A stretch of 64,000 nt of DNA from Podarcis bocagei (lineage: Eukaryota), in NCBI GenBank assembly GCA_964188305.1, contig OZ076889.1; one strand, written 5' to 3'. A model generated the notes under the pieces. That model worked only from the letters and a program-made list of their open reading frames with translations, made no database searches and was not told the origin of the DNA. The first letter of the stretch is position 1, and the number at the start of each line of letters is the position of its first letter. A program made the position numbers and the translations under genes. Below are positions 11,909-25,830 of the stretch, in pieces.

Positions 11909-12508
11909 CCGTATTTTTCGCCCCATAGGACACATCGGCCCATAGGACGCGCCTAGTTTTTTGGGGGGGAAATAAAGGGGAAAAAATTATTCCCCCCCAG
12001 GTGCGCTGCGCTAAGCCTGAAGCTTGGGGCGTGCTGAGCTCAGCGCGCCCCAAGCTTCTGGGTGCCGGCAAGGTCTCCGCTAGCCGTGGGAGAGCCACGC
12101 GACTTCGTGCGGCTCTCCCACAGCTAGCGGAGCACTGCGCTAATCCCGAAGCTTGGGGCGTGCGGAGCTCAGTGCGCCCCAAGCTTCTGGGTGCCGGCAA
12201 GGTCTCCGCTAGCTGTGGGAGAACCGCGTGGCTCTCCCACGGCAAGCGGAGCACTGCGCTAATCCCAAAGCTTGGGGCGTGCGGAGCTCAGCGCACCCCA
12301 AGTTTCTGGGTGCAGGTAAGCTCTCCGCTAGCCCTGGGAGAGCTGGGTCTCCCACAGCTAGCGGATAGCTTCCTGAAGCCTGGAGAGCGAGAGGGGTCGG
12401 TTCGCACCAACCCCCCTCGCTCTCCAGGCTTCAGCGAAAGGGATGCACACACATTTCCCCTTCATTTTTGGAGGGGAAAAAGTGCGTCTTATAGGGCGAA
12501 AAATACGG
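11909..12508. mobile_element. Tc1/mariner (pogo/Tigger-like) non-autonomous element with an internal tandem array
   Basis: TIR CCGTATTTTTCGCCC / GGGCGAAAAATACGG, TA TSD; about three GC-rich 120-130 bp units at 12006-12370. Confidence 0.85.
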
Positions 12509-14291
12509 TACATTAGTCAACTTCTCATTGCTTGCTCTCCAGAAAACTTTCCTCGGCCAAAAGAATTGTCCTCTGTCCTGATTTTGGTAGAGCAGACATC
12601 GCTATCATTTAGTTGACCTTCTCACAGTTCACCACATATCATTCTGCGCCATCCCTCTTTGTTGTAAATACGGGAAAATTATAAATTATGTGTTCTTTTC
12701 TCTCCAGTTCACAGTATTATACTCCACATTTCTTGGCACATGGTGCTACTGATTAAAGGGACTAGTGGTGGAAGAAGCAGATGCTATGGCAAGAAAGATC
12801 GCAATTGCTGGGTTAACTCCATTGCTCTTCTAAGAAACTTAGATTTTTTGATCTGAAAATGGTTTAGTAATTTGTTTAGCTTGTGGTAGCGTTGTTGCAG
12901 GCCACACTCAGACCCCAAAGTGTTCACTCTGGAAAGGCCCATGTTCGACAGATTTATGGCACTCAAAATTCATGTCTTGTTTGAATTTATGCTGTTTTGC
13001 CTATTGTTATCTCTGGATGTCTGCATGGTTCTCCATGATCAGTGTGTTTACTTGTAAATACAGAGGTATTACAAAGATACCATATGTCTCCAGTGTTCAC
13101 TCTTATTGTTAGGAAGCAAACCTTGAGCTTTCTACCACTTGAGAATAGTACTAGTTCAAGGAATTTTGCTTCCTGAAGCAGAGGCCAAGTAGGGCCCTCC
13201 TGCAAGCTGTTTGGGCCAGCACTTTGAAAAAGACCACCACTCAGGAATTGGTACTGTGTGAAGCAGGCTGCTTCATTCTGTTGTGCCCTGCTTGAGAAAG
13301 TGGAGCAAGCAAGCTCCCCTTGTTATAATGGTACGATTGACTAGAGAATGACCTGGGATAAAGTGAAATATAGTGAAAATATTTTGTAACTTAGAAGCAG
13401 AAAATAATTTGAGGTATTTTATATGAGATATCTAGTGTATTGTTCTTTTGGTGAGGCTGTACAGCATGCATGATAGAGGCATATACAGTAAGTCATATCT
13501 CAAATAAGTCTGGTGCAGAATGGTGCCTTGGCAGTAGTTTTTTTCTGAGAAGTCAAAGTTCAGTGACATTTTAGGAAGGAAATAAGTATTATTCAGTTTT
13601 GTAACAGAATGTAAAGGGCTTATCAGGTGATTACAGAAAGAAACACCATCACCTTAATCATTGAAACCAGAGAGACTTTATGGGCTTTGTGCTTTTCTCA
13701 GCACAACTAAACTAGAACCCCAGACATGAGAGAGTTTACTTTAAGTAAATTTGATTCAGTGACCCTTGCTTAGTTTTAGTGTTTAAGCACTCACTAAGAG
13801 ATTTAAGTTGGGGCTGGAGCAATTGGAGGTAGAATTATGTTGGAGGAAAGTAATAAAATCACAGGAGAGTTGAAGGTTTGAATTAATAGTACAACCATAC
13901 TATCAAGTCTGAAACAGCTTGGGAGACAGAGGATAAGATGAGGGAGGTATCACTGAAAACCTCCTTCCTCTCTGTTCTGCTGAGAGATTTTTTTGGTCAG
14001 TGGATGGTTTCCGTTGAATACAACCCAAAGTGCTAGATTTGTTTAGGCTTCTGTTAACTTATTGGGCCTCGTGCTGGTAGAACCCATCCTGCAACCTTAG
14101 GGTGAAGGGTGGGTAATTAATAACAACACTTGTGGGATGAAGCAGCAAATAATTATTTCTCAAAATCCACATCACATTTCTGCATACACCACAAAAGCAA
14201 TAGAGATGGAAGAACAAAAGGAGGAATAAGATACGTGTAAAGAATGCACACTGTTCTCATCAATAGGCTAAGCATTTCCACAAATTATAGT

Positions 14292-14450
14292 TAGATGGGA
14301 AAGCCTGGGAAAAAACGGGGAAAATTGGGGGAAAAACAGGTCCCCCCCCAAAGTGTCCCCCCCAGAAAAAAGGGTCTGGAATATTCAAACTATATCAAAC
14401 TCTCCCCCCCCAAAAAAAATTTCCCTGATTTTTCCCAGGCCTTTCCATCT
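14292..14450. mobile_element. MITE-like inverted-repeat element
   Basis: AGATGGGAAAGCCTGGGAAAAA ... TTTTTCCCAGGCCTTTCCATCT ends. Confidence 0.6.
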
Positions 14451-17400
14451 GTATTCCTTCCCCATCAAATAAATTTCAAAGATTAAAGAATCTTAAAACA
14501 CTATTTTTTAATTTATTGTTTAAACTTGCTATACTGTTTATCTGAGTGAAGTCTGAATATAACTCTTTATTATTGGAAATCAAGGAAGTGTCACAATTCA
14601 CTGGCAAAGGCCTACTCTACTTCGCAAAACCTGTGTTAGGCATTACAAATATAGGCCATCATAAAACATCCATATATCAAAATTTAAAATATATACAAAT
14701 AAACAGCCATGTAAAAATATGTAATAATGGGGATTTTCGTTGGCGTTTCTTCCTGCTAAATAGTGCCATTCATCGCTGTAAGAAATAATTTTTATAAAAA
14801 CTCAGTCACCCTTGCTGGTTACTTCCAGGTTAATGTCAGACAGATAGAATTTGATATTTTCATTGTGCTGAAACGGGGATAGCACTCATTTGCGTAGCTG
14901 GTTGTACATACATGAGTATGTTCACGTCAGAGTGCTTGGTGAAAGGGACCTTCCAGGTGGATTGTGCTAAGTGTGGACAATGTTTTCTCTGATCTTGGAA
15001 CATTCACAAAAATGTCTTCACTTTGGAAGAAAAGCTCATTTTGCCTATTAAGCTGATTATTTCTTTAGCTTATTGAAAGGATATTTGCGTTGACTTTGAA
15101 GAATTACATGTATTCAAAACAACCAACCAAAACACTTCAAATGAAATGGACTAGAATAAAATAGCAAGTGCAATATGATATGTAAGGTATGTTCCTTTGC
15201 ATTTCCACTAGCATGTTAGCTGGTGTAAAAATGGCACATGAGGATATAGGGAAAAATCAGTTCATTTAAATCAATAGGGTGCTATAAGTTTATCTCAAAA
15301 TGCTTGCTAGCATGCTTGTTGTGATTAAAAGTACTTAACATAGTTTAGCAGCAATGTCCCAGGGAGGTGACACCTTGAACAAAATATGCACTGAAAGCTT
15401 TGCAAACAACAACAACCCAATAAAAGCAGTATACTAGGTGCACACTTCATATATTGAACTAAAGTGTATGGAAGTGTATAAAAAAATGAACTGGCTTTTT
15501 AACAGAGGATATTGGAGGATCAGCTGCAAAATTTATAGAAATTGCATAAGCTGCAGGATTCATGCACAAATGAACTGTAGTAAGGGACAGTAACTTGCTT
15601 TGTGCTATTTTTTTCAACCTGTTTCCCTTTGTAATGTGTACACATTCTGTGTACAGGTCTCTGGTCTTTATATACTGTATTGCTGTGATGTAGATGGCAT
15701 TAGTGTGAGAATGGTACTGCATCATAGTGCGAAATTGTATACATGAGCAGTCTCTTTTTTTTTTGTATCTTCCACTTATTTGATTGTCTAAATCCTAGAT
15801 ATAATCCCTGCCAGCCTTCAGTTAAAGAATGTTCATGTTAGAGTTAGTCCCTGTCTAAAATTCTGGAGACAAAAGTTTATTGTGGTTTTCTGCCACTTAG
15901 ATGTAGCAGAACTTAGTTGGCTTAATGATGTCACTGTATGAGTTGGATATTGATAGTTCCATGTTTCATAAGGGTTATTGGGAAATTAAAATCTAGGCCA
16001 AATTTTCTTTCTGGAATTGTTGAATGTCACTGTGAACTAAGGATGTTTTCAGCAGTTAACTCTATCCACAGCCTGCAGCTTTAGTCAAAAAACTTCTGCC
16101 GCAGCTTTGCACAGTTTTGGCTCTTAGCCGCCTTTGGCAGCAGTCTACAGCATTCCATCATACCCGGTTGTAACTATCTCTATTGTTTTGGCAACATCTG
16201 TTTTCTCTGGAGTACTCCACTAGAGTAACAAGGAGTTAAGGAAGCGTGTGAGGGAGCGAGGGTGATGTTGGAGGCCAGGACTATAGATTGTGGTGCTGGA
16301 ACCCTCTTGGCTGGGAGCTTTGAGCATTACAAATGACATAGCAAGTGTCAGAATTTGTAGTTGCTTTATTTTGCTCACCACCTCCCTTCTTCTGAAGAGT
16401 TAGTACAGACAGATAAAGGGTTCTGTAATATATCCATTAACAGGCTAATGTGTGAACCTACCGTTGTACCAAGCACTATTTGTGGAAAGTTTTGGTTTTT
16501 GCTTTTAGCTCCACTTTCCCCCCGTTAGATTTTTGAGTACATTGTACTGTAATCATGAGAGTTCTTCTTGCAAGCGTTATTCTACTAGCATGTTACAGGA
16601 AGCAGAATGTCATTGTAAACGCCACTAAAGTCTGTATAGGTTGTTGATAGGAGGAATAAAAGAAATAACCTTATATGTTGAATTTGTGGACTGACTACTC
16701 ACCATTCATGCACATTTCAGTGTGCAAAAAATAACAATCCTTCTTCAGAGCAGCATCTGACCAGTGCAGAGCCAAGCTGAGAGATATACCCCAGCTGTGC
16801 ATGGCCAAATTGGCAAGCCCTCAACATTCTTTCTTACAGAAGCGCATATTCTCTTTCCCCCTTCAGCTTCTAAGATGGAAGCATGGCAGGTTGGCTGAGT
16901 AGTATCCCCCTGCCTCCCACATCCATCTTTGATGTGGACAGAGTGGAGGGAGTGGTGGTATGTAGACTTGCTTCTCCCCTCATCTAGCTTTGAGCTGGAG
17001 TGGGAAGGAAGAGGCATGTTGACTTGGCTCTGTGCAAGCTGCATGCTCCAGAGAGCCTTGTTTAGGGTGAACTCTCCACTGTGTGTATAGATCCTGCTGA
17101 GCACCGATACATATTTTTATATGGCTTGTGTGTGTATAGTTGTATTAATTGTATTAATAGAGTTTTATGCACTAGGGAAATTCATTATTCAGGAGACAAA
17201 AACATTACAGGCATTTTTGATGCATTTTTGTGACATCCTTAGAGAAAGAAACTCCTTAAAGTGTGGTAGATCTTTGGTGACGTCTGTCCTATTGCAATGT
17301 CTAGGATAGGATGTTAGAATAGCTTACATAATGCAATATTTGATTAAAATGCTTTCATTGCTCATTTCTGCCCCCTCTTAAATTAGGCTTTTTTTGTTGA

Positions 17401-20400
17401 ATAGCATAGCTCTTGATGATCAGTGGTTTTTCCTATGTACTCTATGAAAAGATTTTAAGCAGTGATGAACAACCTCTTTGCAGTTATACCTACCATAGTA
17501 CTTTCTCTTCCACCAGTCTTGCTAGAATGCATTTTTACTTTGTTTACATAGGGTCTACCTTTTACTTTCCATCTCCATGCATTATATTTACTTAAATTCT
17601 CCTAAGCATTTCTAGCTATTTCCTAACAACGAAAATTTTGAAATGTTTGCTGATCTTTGGGTTACACTGTTGGTGAAATGGGGAGAGAGATATAATGCAA
17701 AAGATCAGATCGGCTGTGGACACATTCAGCTAACTGTGAAAAGGTTGACAACTTAAGAGTCTATCTTCAGAGATCCACTGCTCAGTTTTGCTGGTGAAAA
17801 TAATATACAGCAACAAAGGGATGAAGACTTTGCGTAGCTCGGCTGCTTATTTTCATGTTTTTTCTTTTAACTGCTGTTCCAAGATCTTGGCTAGAATGAA
17901 AAGATTGATGTATTTCAAAAAAGCTGATAACTGGGTTGGCAAAGTCTGGTTGTGTTATGATAATAGCGACAATGAAGAAATAATACTTTTGTGTGGCTAC
18001 GGAAAAAAGAAGTCAAATACTTAAAACTAATGCTCTTTTGACTAATGCTGGATGAGTTTCAATAGAAATATAACTAGAAAAAACTAGACACTTGTCACTT
18101 AAATCATTCCAGTACTTGGTATACCATGTGTTTTTGGTTGCAAAATAGACATCTATGCACAAATGCTGTGTTGGTAATTCCCACAAGTCATACTAAGAGA
18201 AAACTAACATCTTATTGCTTAATATAGTTTTATAGCTGTGATTGCTCTTGTAGCATGTTAAAATACTTGGCTTGCTTCTGTGAGTGTTTTTTTTGTTGCA
18301 AACCCAGAAAAGCAATAAGGTTGTGAAGATGTTAGGGTGTTTGTTGCTTTATGTTGTGAAGCAGGGCTAGAGCAGAATCCTATCCTGGTAGGTTTCTAAT
18401 TATGTACTGTAAAAGAGTCATTTTATTTTGTTATAAATACTGTGCATGATTATAATTATACAGTACTGTAACATGAGATGTTTTGATGGTGGCAGCATTG
18501 CTTTGTAGACACTATTAGATTGATAGTGTTTGATAGGATTCTCCTTTCTTCCTTTCTACATAGATTGATTTAATGGTCATGATGCACAGTTTAGTGTTTC
18601 TGTCACATTACTTTCAAGTTAACAATCTGATGATAACAGGTCATATTCCTAATAATTGCAGCACTGTTGAAACTGAGGGATGCTTCAGAGGCAGATTGGG
18701 CGATAGGAGATGGGTTCTTCTAACTGATAAAATTCTGTTAGGCATGTGCAGTCTATTAAGTATATACAAGTAACTCTTTGAGATCCCAGCCATGAATTTT
18801 AGCTATTTCTTAAAAATACACATTTCTTAAATAAGCTTAAAACAAAATCAACATATAATACAAATATTCTAAACCATACAGTGTATTTTCAATTCTCTTC
18901 CATTGCCATTTGTAAAACGGGGGTGGGGGTTGCCTGTTTTTTAATCCAAAAAAGAGCTTTGGCAGAGTAAGCAGATGTTACAACTGATATTTATTATAAT
19001 TCCTACTGGCATGGATTGTGAGTCGTCATATGTGCTAGAATCCAGGGAGTTTCGTCCTGTACTCAGATGGGTGACTGCTAAGCCATACTGTGTGATCTTG
19101 TACTCTATATTATCTCACTAACTGAGCTCACAGCAGTGTCATGTTTCCCAAATTTATGTTAAGAAAACACGTTTGGTCCAACTAACATCAACTCTAGCTT
19201 TTGAAAAGTTCTGAACAATTAAGTTTTCCAGTAAGTGATCCTAAAGTAGTTGCATATGTATTCACATATTTTGCCATCCCTAGTCTCTATGCATATATTT
19301 CAGTTATTGAATTTATATCCCATCCTTCCTCTCACATAAAAAAACCTATTCCAGTACAAATGTAGATATATTTCTGTAGTCAAAAGATTGTGATCAAAGG
19401 TTCTGAAATATATTGCAACCCGACACATTAGTGTTATAAGAACCTTTGAATCTATCAGAATACTGATAGCATAGAAAGGAAGGAAATTGTATTTATGTTT
19501 AGGAAAAATGGCTGTTTTAAATGGAAAGCCACGAGAATCAGTAATGTCACATTGGTATTGCTTGGAATGATTTAGATCAGTCATTTTATATCACCCTTGC
19601 TTGTCAGCTGCTGTGGAGGGGCTGAGCTGGGAAGGGCACAATAGATATGTGGGTTGGCCAAGGCTGCTACTCCATTTCTGGTGTTTCTGCTGCAACTTGC
19701 TCTTAGTGACCCCTTCACATTATGGACCTACTGATTAATAACACTTCTCTGTGTTTTGCATCTAGTATTGCAGACACTGCAATCTCCAGTGCTGCTTTTA
19801 AAACTTAATCACATCCCCATATGATGTAATTGGTTAATAGTTATTTGAAGCTTGCAAATCCTAACACCATAGACAATGTATATGCAGGTCAGTATCCAAC
19901 ATGCCAGTTGGGGAAATTACTTATTTGTTTGAGCAAGAGTTCAGGGTCACAAAACAAATATGCACAAAACTTAGGTTGCTAACTTGATAATGTTAGAAGA
20001 AAGAAATAGAAAATATTTTCAAGTTAGTGAACGCTTTCTACCAGATGGTTGTTAGAAGCAGACTGGAGATGTGACTAAAACATTAATAGTTGATTATATG
20101 TAGGTTTCCTTGAGCTTGCAGTGTAGCTTCAGGAGCCTTGAATAGGATCTTCCTGATTTGGCATTTATGTAAAAGGGAACATCTGTAGGCAAGCCTAGCA
20201 GTGCTGGAATTGAAGTCTGCCTTTTGTTAAGAGTTCTGCTGTGCATTAATACTGTAACACCGATCCCAATTTCCAAGTGGTGAGAGACTTCAAGGGTTAT
20301 TCTTCAAGTGGTTATCCTGGGTTTGATTTCCTTAGAATAAGAGTCACTGGAGTCTGCAGTGTCTCCATGTTGTGTGATTTTATTTACACACATATACAAA

Positions 20401-20719
20401 CAGCAATAAGTTTGAAGGGCTTAGAGTCCCAACAGATCTTGTTCTTCTATTGGATTTCTAGGGAGGGTCCTGAAAGCCATAGCTTTGGTTTAATCACAAA
20501 GAGCAAGTCAGGCCTCTGTGTCTTCCTGGTTCCAGAGGACACGAGGCAAAAGCTAGACCCTGACTTCTTATTCTTCTGCTGCTAGGGTGCCTTGGTCTCC
20601 AGCCTGGTGAGGGATGGAAGACCTACCCCCTCCTTCTGGAAACAACACTAGTTAGTTGTTTCTATGACACGCATCTGTACATTATCAGTTCTTTAGACAT
20701 AAAAATGGATGACTTGGTC

Positions 20720-20855
20720 CAGGCTTCCTCAGCCTCGGCCCTCCAGATGTTTTTGGCCTGCAACTCCCATGATCCGTAGCTAGCAGGACCAGTGGTCAGG
20801 GATTCTGGGAACTGTGGTCTCAAAACATCTGGAGGGCCGAGGTTGAAGAAGCCTG
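20720..20855. mobile_element. hAT palindromic MITE
   Basis: TIR CAGGCTTC...CCTCGGCCCTCCAGATG; perfect 8-bp TSD ACTTGGTC. Confidence 0.88.
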
Positions 20856-21580
20856 ACTTGGTCAGTCCCATTCACTTGACTATCCAATGCAATCACCAAT
20901 CATGTAACAGCACTTATATTCACTCTAATGACACCTTTGTGCCTGCGTCCACCCAATTCAAACCCAAGATCCCCCTCCCCTCATTGTGTGTATATATATG
21001 CTTGCAAAATCGGTAAACCTTTTGAAAGCTGTTTACCTTACCTTTTGAAAGCTGCTTATAAATAGGCCTGTTCCCTGCAGCATTTTTTGTATGCTTCCCT
21101 TGCTCTCTTGGTTTGGGGGAGTTTGAGAAAAGGGGCCTCTGTTAAGTCTTGTGGGAGTCATCCACATGTGGTAGCTGACCCTGCTCAGCCAGCTTATTGT
21201 GTTTAACATACAATATTATCCCCTTGCTCCAGGGTAGAGTAAAATTGCAATGTATTCTCCAATGCAGTGGAGGATTTCCAGCAGAAGGAAGTGAGCAAAT
21301 TGTATGCCAACTGCTCTTTATGCTAAAGTAATGTCTAATTACTTTCCCCCCAAATTAAACACATTAGGGGTTTAGTGTATAATATGCGTTCTTTGCATAG
21401 TGGCCAATTATTCTGTCATCTAACTGATGGGATATGACTTTTAGTATTATTAAAGTATAAGCTGATGATTAGGCTTTTAGTTTTGCTTTAGAATTAAAGA
21501 GATACTTTTATAAAAAAAATTGAACAAGAAATGATTAGCCAACTTTTCCCCTCTTCCTTCTGGCAGATCTTTAAAATTGC

Positions 21581-21748
21581 ATGATGTGTGATGAGTTGGA
21601 GCTTCTTAACAGGGAGATTGGGAGGTTATTACAAAGCAGCAACGTGGAAGGAAGCTCCTTAAACTCAGAATCTCTTCAGCCGTCAAGCTCTGATTCCTGG
21701 GATGTAGCCACTGCTTCAAGCAGTGAAACACAAGGCAGTTTAGTAAAG
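21581..21748 (+). CDS. DIDO1: Predicted first coding exon of an N-terminally extended DIDO1 (exon starts at 21567)
   Basis: Long pyrimidine tract plus CAG at 21566; in-frame TAA at 21572 before ATG 21581; MMCDELELLNREIGRLLQ...GSLVK; donor AAG|GTATC; 168 nt, phase 0. Confidence 0.72.
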
Positions 21749-21975
21749 GTATCAAATACCTTATTGTTGTTACAGGGCTCCCATGATAACTTGTCCTATC
21801 ATAGTAGACTTTATTTGCATAGTATTTAGAAAGCCATCTAGGATATATGTTGGCACACATTATCTGTAAGTGGTGTTGAATTATAATGTTGCTTAAAGGT
21901 TGATACAATTCAAGGAGGAATACTTATGCCCTGTTTATTTGAGAAAGAAACATTTCAAAAGTCTATGCTAACATA

Positions 21976-22047
21976 GACTTGGCGTGCCTGGCGTGCTCTG
22001 GTCCATGGGGTCACGAAGAGTCGGAAACAACTAAACAAAACAAAAAA
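21976..22047 (+). mobile_element. Extremely 5'-truncated Bov-B/RTE LINE 3' end
   Basis: GCCTGGCGTGCTCTGGTCCATGGGGTCACGAAGAGTCGGA plus CAA-rich tail; 11-bp TSD ATGCTAACATA. Confidence 0.8.
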
Positions 22048-22939
22048 ATGCTAACATAATTTCCCCTGAGGTAACCAAATAATAAGCCCTATCTTAAAAT
22101 GCAGTTTTAGGGAAGAATTATCCTTTTGCGTATGGCATAATATCTGAGAACATAAATAAATTGAGAGAATAAAATTGCATTTGATTTTTCTGTAGCATTT
22201 TTTGTAGTTGTTAGAGCCTAGCTTTGTCTGAAGATGGCACTTACAACAGTTTGGGCCATATTTAATTTAACCCCCCCAGTCTCTTTTTTTGTTTTCTGCA
22301 CTGAACAAATGGTATTGACACAGTATTTAAAGTGCTGTCCCTTTAAATGAGATGGGGTAGAATCTTCAAGCTTTTGATTTCTGGTGGTTGGGATTTGTCA
22401 GTTGGGCAAATCCCTGTGTGGGTTAGAGATGGAGAGAGCGAGATCTGGCAGCAAAAGCTCTAGAAAGAAAAACTCAAAAGTAAGCAATTGAAACAAGGGG
22501 ATGTTTTAATACTGAAGATCTGTTCAAAAACCTTAACATGTAACTTGTTCTTCAAATCATCCCTTAAACAGGAATACCCATATTTTATAGTAGGATGAAG
22601 AATTTTCTTTTGCAAGTATTCGTTCTATGACTTCACAATAATTTGAAGCTATAAATTACCTTAGTACTCTTTGATTTATAAAAATACCTGTGCCCAATTC
22701 CATTCCTGTAAAACACTGATAGAGGCAAAACTTTGAAAGTTGTGGTCGAGTGTAGCATTCACAAATGGTTAATGCTTAATAGGTTTCATCCTGTATGTAA
22801 TGTAATGAAATTATCCCCTTTAAAAATACGTTGGTGTAAGTTCTAATAATTTAGTTAATGTGAGCAGGATCTCTTATTTCAAATGGGTAAGAAGTGATAA
22901 TGCAAGTGAACAACGATCTAAATACATTTTTTGTAACAG

Positions 22940-23138
22940 GCAGCCAAACCAAGCGCAGCATTCCTGGTTTCGGAGTCAACAGGATGGCATCAAGATGAAC
23001 TTTGTGCTTCTGACTTCCCCAGAACAGCCTGCACTGTAGGGCTTATGCTGAGTGACTTGCTTCTGCCCTCCAGTGATTCTTCCTTTGGTTTAAGTCAAGA
23101 GGGAGAAAAAATACTGGCATCCTCTAATGCTATGTCAG
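22940..23138 (+). CDS. DIDO1: Predicted DIDO1 N-terminal extension exon 2
   Basis: TTTTTTGTAACAG acceptor, CAG|GTAAAA donor; 199 nt open in phase 0 (AAKPSAAFLVSESTGWHQDELC...KILASSNAMS), exits in phase 1. Confidence 0.72.
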
Positions 23139-23314
23139 GTAAAAGCATTTAGAGGATATTGGAGCCTATTCTATTTCATTTGCTTTTTCTGGAAATTGGG
23201 ATCCACCTTCTTATTTCATAACCTTTCTTTACTATCCAAAGTAAACATATATTAAGATCTTAATTATATACTGTGTTCTGTTGTATTGCAGTCTCTTCAG
23301 AATTCTATTGTACT

Positions 23315-23691
23315 TTATTTTTCTGTGTATAGGACAATGTTGTTTGCTAAAAAAAAAAATAGTCAAAAATTAAGGGGCGTCTTATACATGGATGGTGAAT
23401 GCACAGGAATTAAACTGTCCCTTCCAGGTGCCTGGCTTGGGCAATCCCCCAAAAAAGCTCAACTTTGGGCGATCTTGGGTGTTGGTGGGGCACGCCTCGC
23501 TGCTGCCCACACGCCCCCCCCCGCTGCCCCAGGCACCAGTGGGGGTTGCTACGCTGTTGCCAGTGCTTTGAGTGTTTAATAAAATGTCGAAGTTGTTCCG
23601 TTTGATGTTTAAAATGTTGATTTCTTAATTTTGGGTTCAAAAAAATAGGAGTAATCTTATACATGGGGGCATCTTATACACGGGAAAATAC
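23315..23691. mobile_element. Degenerate pogo/Tigger-like non-autonomous element
   Basis: TTTTTCTGTGTATAGGAC ... CTTATACACGGGAAAATAC ends, related to 60244-60409. Confidence 0.6.
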
Positions 23692-24587
23692 AATAATTAT
23701 GAAAGCAAGTCCTAGCTGTGTCCACATTGCTGTGTGACATTGTGTCATATAACATGTTTGTGGAGTTTTGCGGCTCAAAGCTGGGGACTTTGTTGATAAT
23801 TATGCAGGGGACAGTTGTCTGAAGAAATTCAGTTCTGAAAAGATGGAAGTCCAACTTGAGTAGGCTTGCTGTAAGCAGAATAAATTATGGAAATAGTGTT
23901 ATGGCACACCCAGTACGAAGATTGTGTAGGGCTGTTACTCATTTCCCTGCTATTCCATAGGACAAAAGGCAGATTTTTCCAATATATTGTGAACGAGTCT
24001 TGCCTAGATTCAGTATCTCAGGAAGTCCTTTAATGGAATGTGCTGTCTCTCTAATACTGTATGGGGTGACTGGTGAAAATTGTCAGGGTCCCAGTGGGCA
24101 TGGAAAATGTAGGAAGGCAGACTTACAGACCAGTTTGTGATGTACGGAACATGCTTCCTATTCAGGCACCATTCTTGGATTATGAGCAGTCGCTGGAGTG
24201 CCGCTGGTGTGTATAGTGCCGCTGGTGTGTATGGTAACAGTTTCTCTATTCAGAGTAGCATAACTGAGGTTATAGGTAAAAGGGAGACCGGAAAGCTATA
24301 TGGTTGGTGTCTGTGTCCAGGCAATGTGCACTAAGTCAGAATCTCTGGCGTGGGCAGGGGAGCAACTGGAAGTACCTTGTATTATGCTGCAGCACACCAG
24401 AGTACTGCTCGGTTGTTTCTGGCAGACAGCGATTGTGGAGTTGGGAAGAAGGCAAGTGTGGGAACATGTTTGAGCAAGTGCATGCTTTAATTGTCTAACC
24501 TGTTCCCTTCAAGCTATATTTAATGTAACAGGCAACATACTTTGGATTCCACACATGCTAAAATAAACACAATGGTGCATTCATAGG

Positions 24588-24715
24588 GTAGGAAGCTGCC
24601 TTATACAGATCAGGCTGTTGGCCCATCTAGCTTGGCATTGTCGATAGTGACTGGTAGGAGCTGTCCACAGTTTCAGACAGAAGCATTTCCCAGCTCTACC
24701 TTGAAGATTGACCCT
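24588..24715 (-). mobile_element. Squam3-like SINE 3' part
   Basis: TAGGAAGCTGCCTTATAC...GGCCCATCTAGCTTGGCATTGTC. Confidence 0.6.
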
Positions 24716-25174
24716 TTAGACAATATGTGTGCTGTATTCAAAATACGCTGTATCTGTAGGACCGTTACAAAGTTCTGCTTTTTTAAGAGTCATCAGCTGT
24801 CTAAACCCCTTCAGGACTCTTTCCAGGTCTCATCCCTCATTGGCCCTGCTTCACACCCAGGGTGTTTCTGTCTAGTTGCGATGTGTCCTTGAATGCTGAT
24901 GAAGTCTCTAGCTGCTTGCCTGGATGGATAATAGAGGGTGTGTGTATGTGTCTATAGAAAGTAGTCTACTCCAAAAACAAACCTACATTAGTTGCTGTAC
25001 CCATTTTTGTCTCTGTCCCCACCTGTGATCCTCAGAAGGGAATGTCGCTTCAGGCTGAAAAAGGTGCCCCATCCCAATCTAAATATTTTAATGAAATAGC
25101 TAATTTGCTTTTCCATGTTTATCAGATTGAAAGTAAATCAGTGTTAAAAACCTTTTGTGTTTTTTCTTTTTCAG

Positions 25175-25273
25175 GGGTGACATATGGGAGTAGTGTTATC
25201 ACTGGTGTGAAAGAAGAGAATCTGGAATCTCTGGCACTGGATTCTGAATCTAATATGGAAACCCGTTCTCTTG
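25175..25273 (+). CDS. DIDO1: Predicted DIDO1 N-terminal extension exon 3
   Basis: Strong TTTTTTCTTTTTCAG acceptor, TTG|GTAAAT donor; 99 nt, phase 1/1; GVTYGSSVITGVKEENLESLALDSESNMETRSL. Confidence 0.75.
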
Positions 25274-25614
25274 GTAAATTATTTTGTTTTGGAAAGTGTC
25301 TAACCTGAGTAAAGCTTCTAATTGTAATTACTTCCATTTCTGATTATTAGGCTGTGAGTACTATTGCTTATATAGCCAAAACTGTACCACCCATTCACAA
25401 GAGATATATATTGGAAGGTTTGGTGGTGACCTCAAGGTTTGCAGAAGTACAAAAGTATTTTTTAAAACAAAATAAGTAGCAGGAAACAGCCCAGTGAGGA
25501 TTGAGCATGTGCACTGGTCACAGAATGCTGATTGGTGGGGAAAGGCAAATGAAGTAGCTGGAACCTCAAACACCTGACACTGAAACCTTTTGTTAAAGGT
25601 ACCAGTTGCCTATA

Positions 25615-25830
25615 CAGTGGTACCTTGGTTCTCAAGTTTAATCCGTTCTGGGAGTCGGTTTGACTCCCAAAACCGTTCAAAAACCAAAGTGCAGCTTCTG
25701 ATTGGTCACAGGAGCTTCCTGCACTCAAGCGGAAGCCGTGTTGGATGTTAGGCTTCCGAAAAATGGGTTTGCAGTGTTTGAAAGCCAATTTGTTCGGGAG
25801 GCAAGCCATTCGAGTACCAAGGTACCACTG
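25615..25830. mobile_element. Tc1/mariner-type MITE
   Basis: TIR CAGTGGTACCTTGGT / ACCAAGGTACCACTG, TA TSD. Confidence 0.87.

Noticed and set aside
11823-12516. 143- and 171-aa repetitive ORFs and a CRISPR-like look of palindromic repeats
   Set aside because: Lies inside TA-flanked TIRs; units are contiguous without unique spacers; eukaryotic intron with no cas genes
24191-24233. 18-bp tandem duplication (and a 14-bp one near 52565-52593)
   Set aside because: Ordinary slippage duplications in introns
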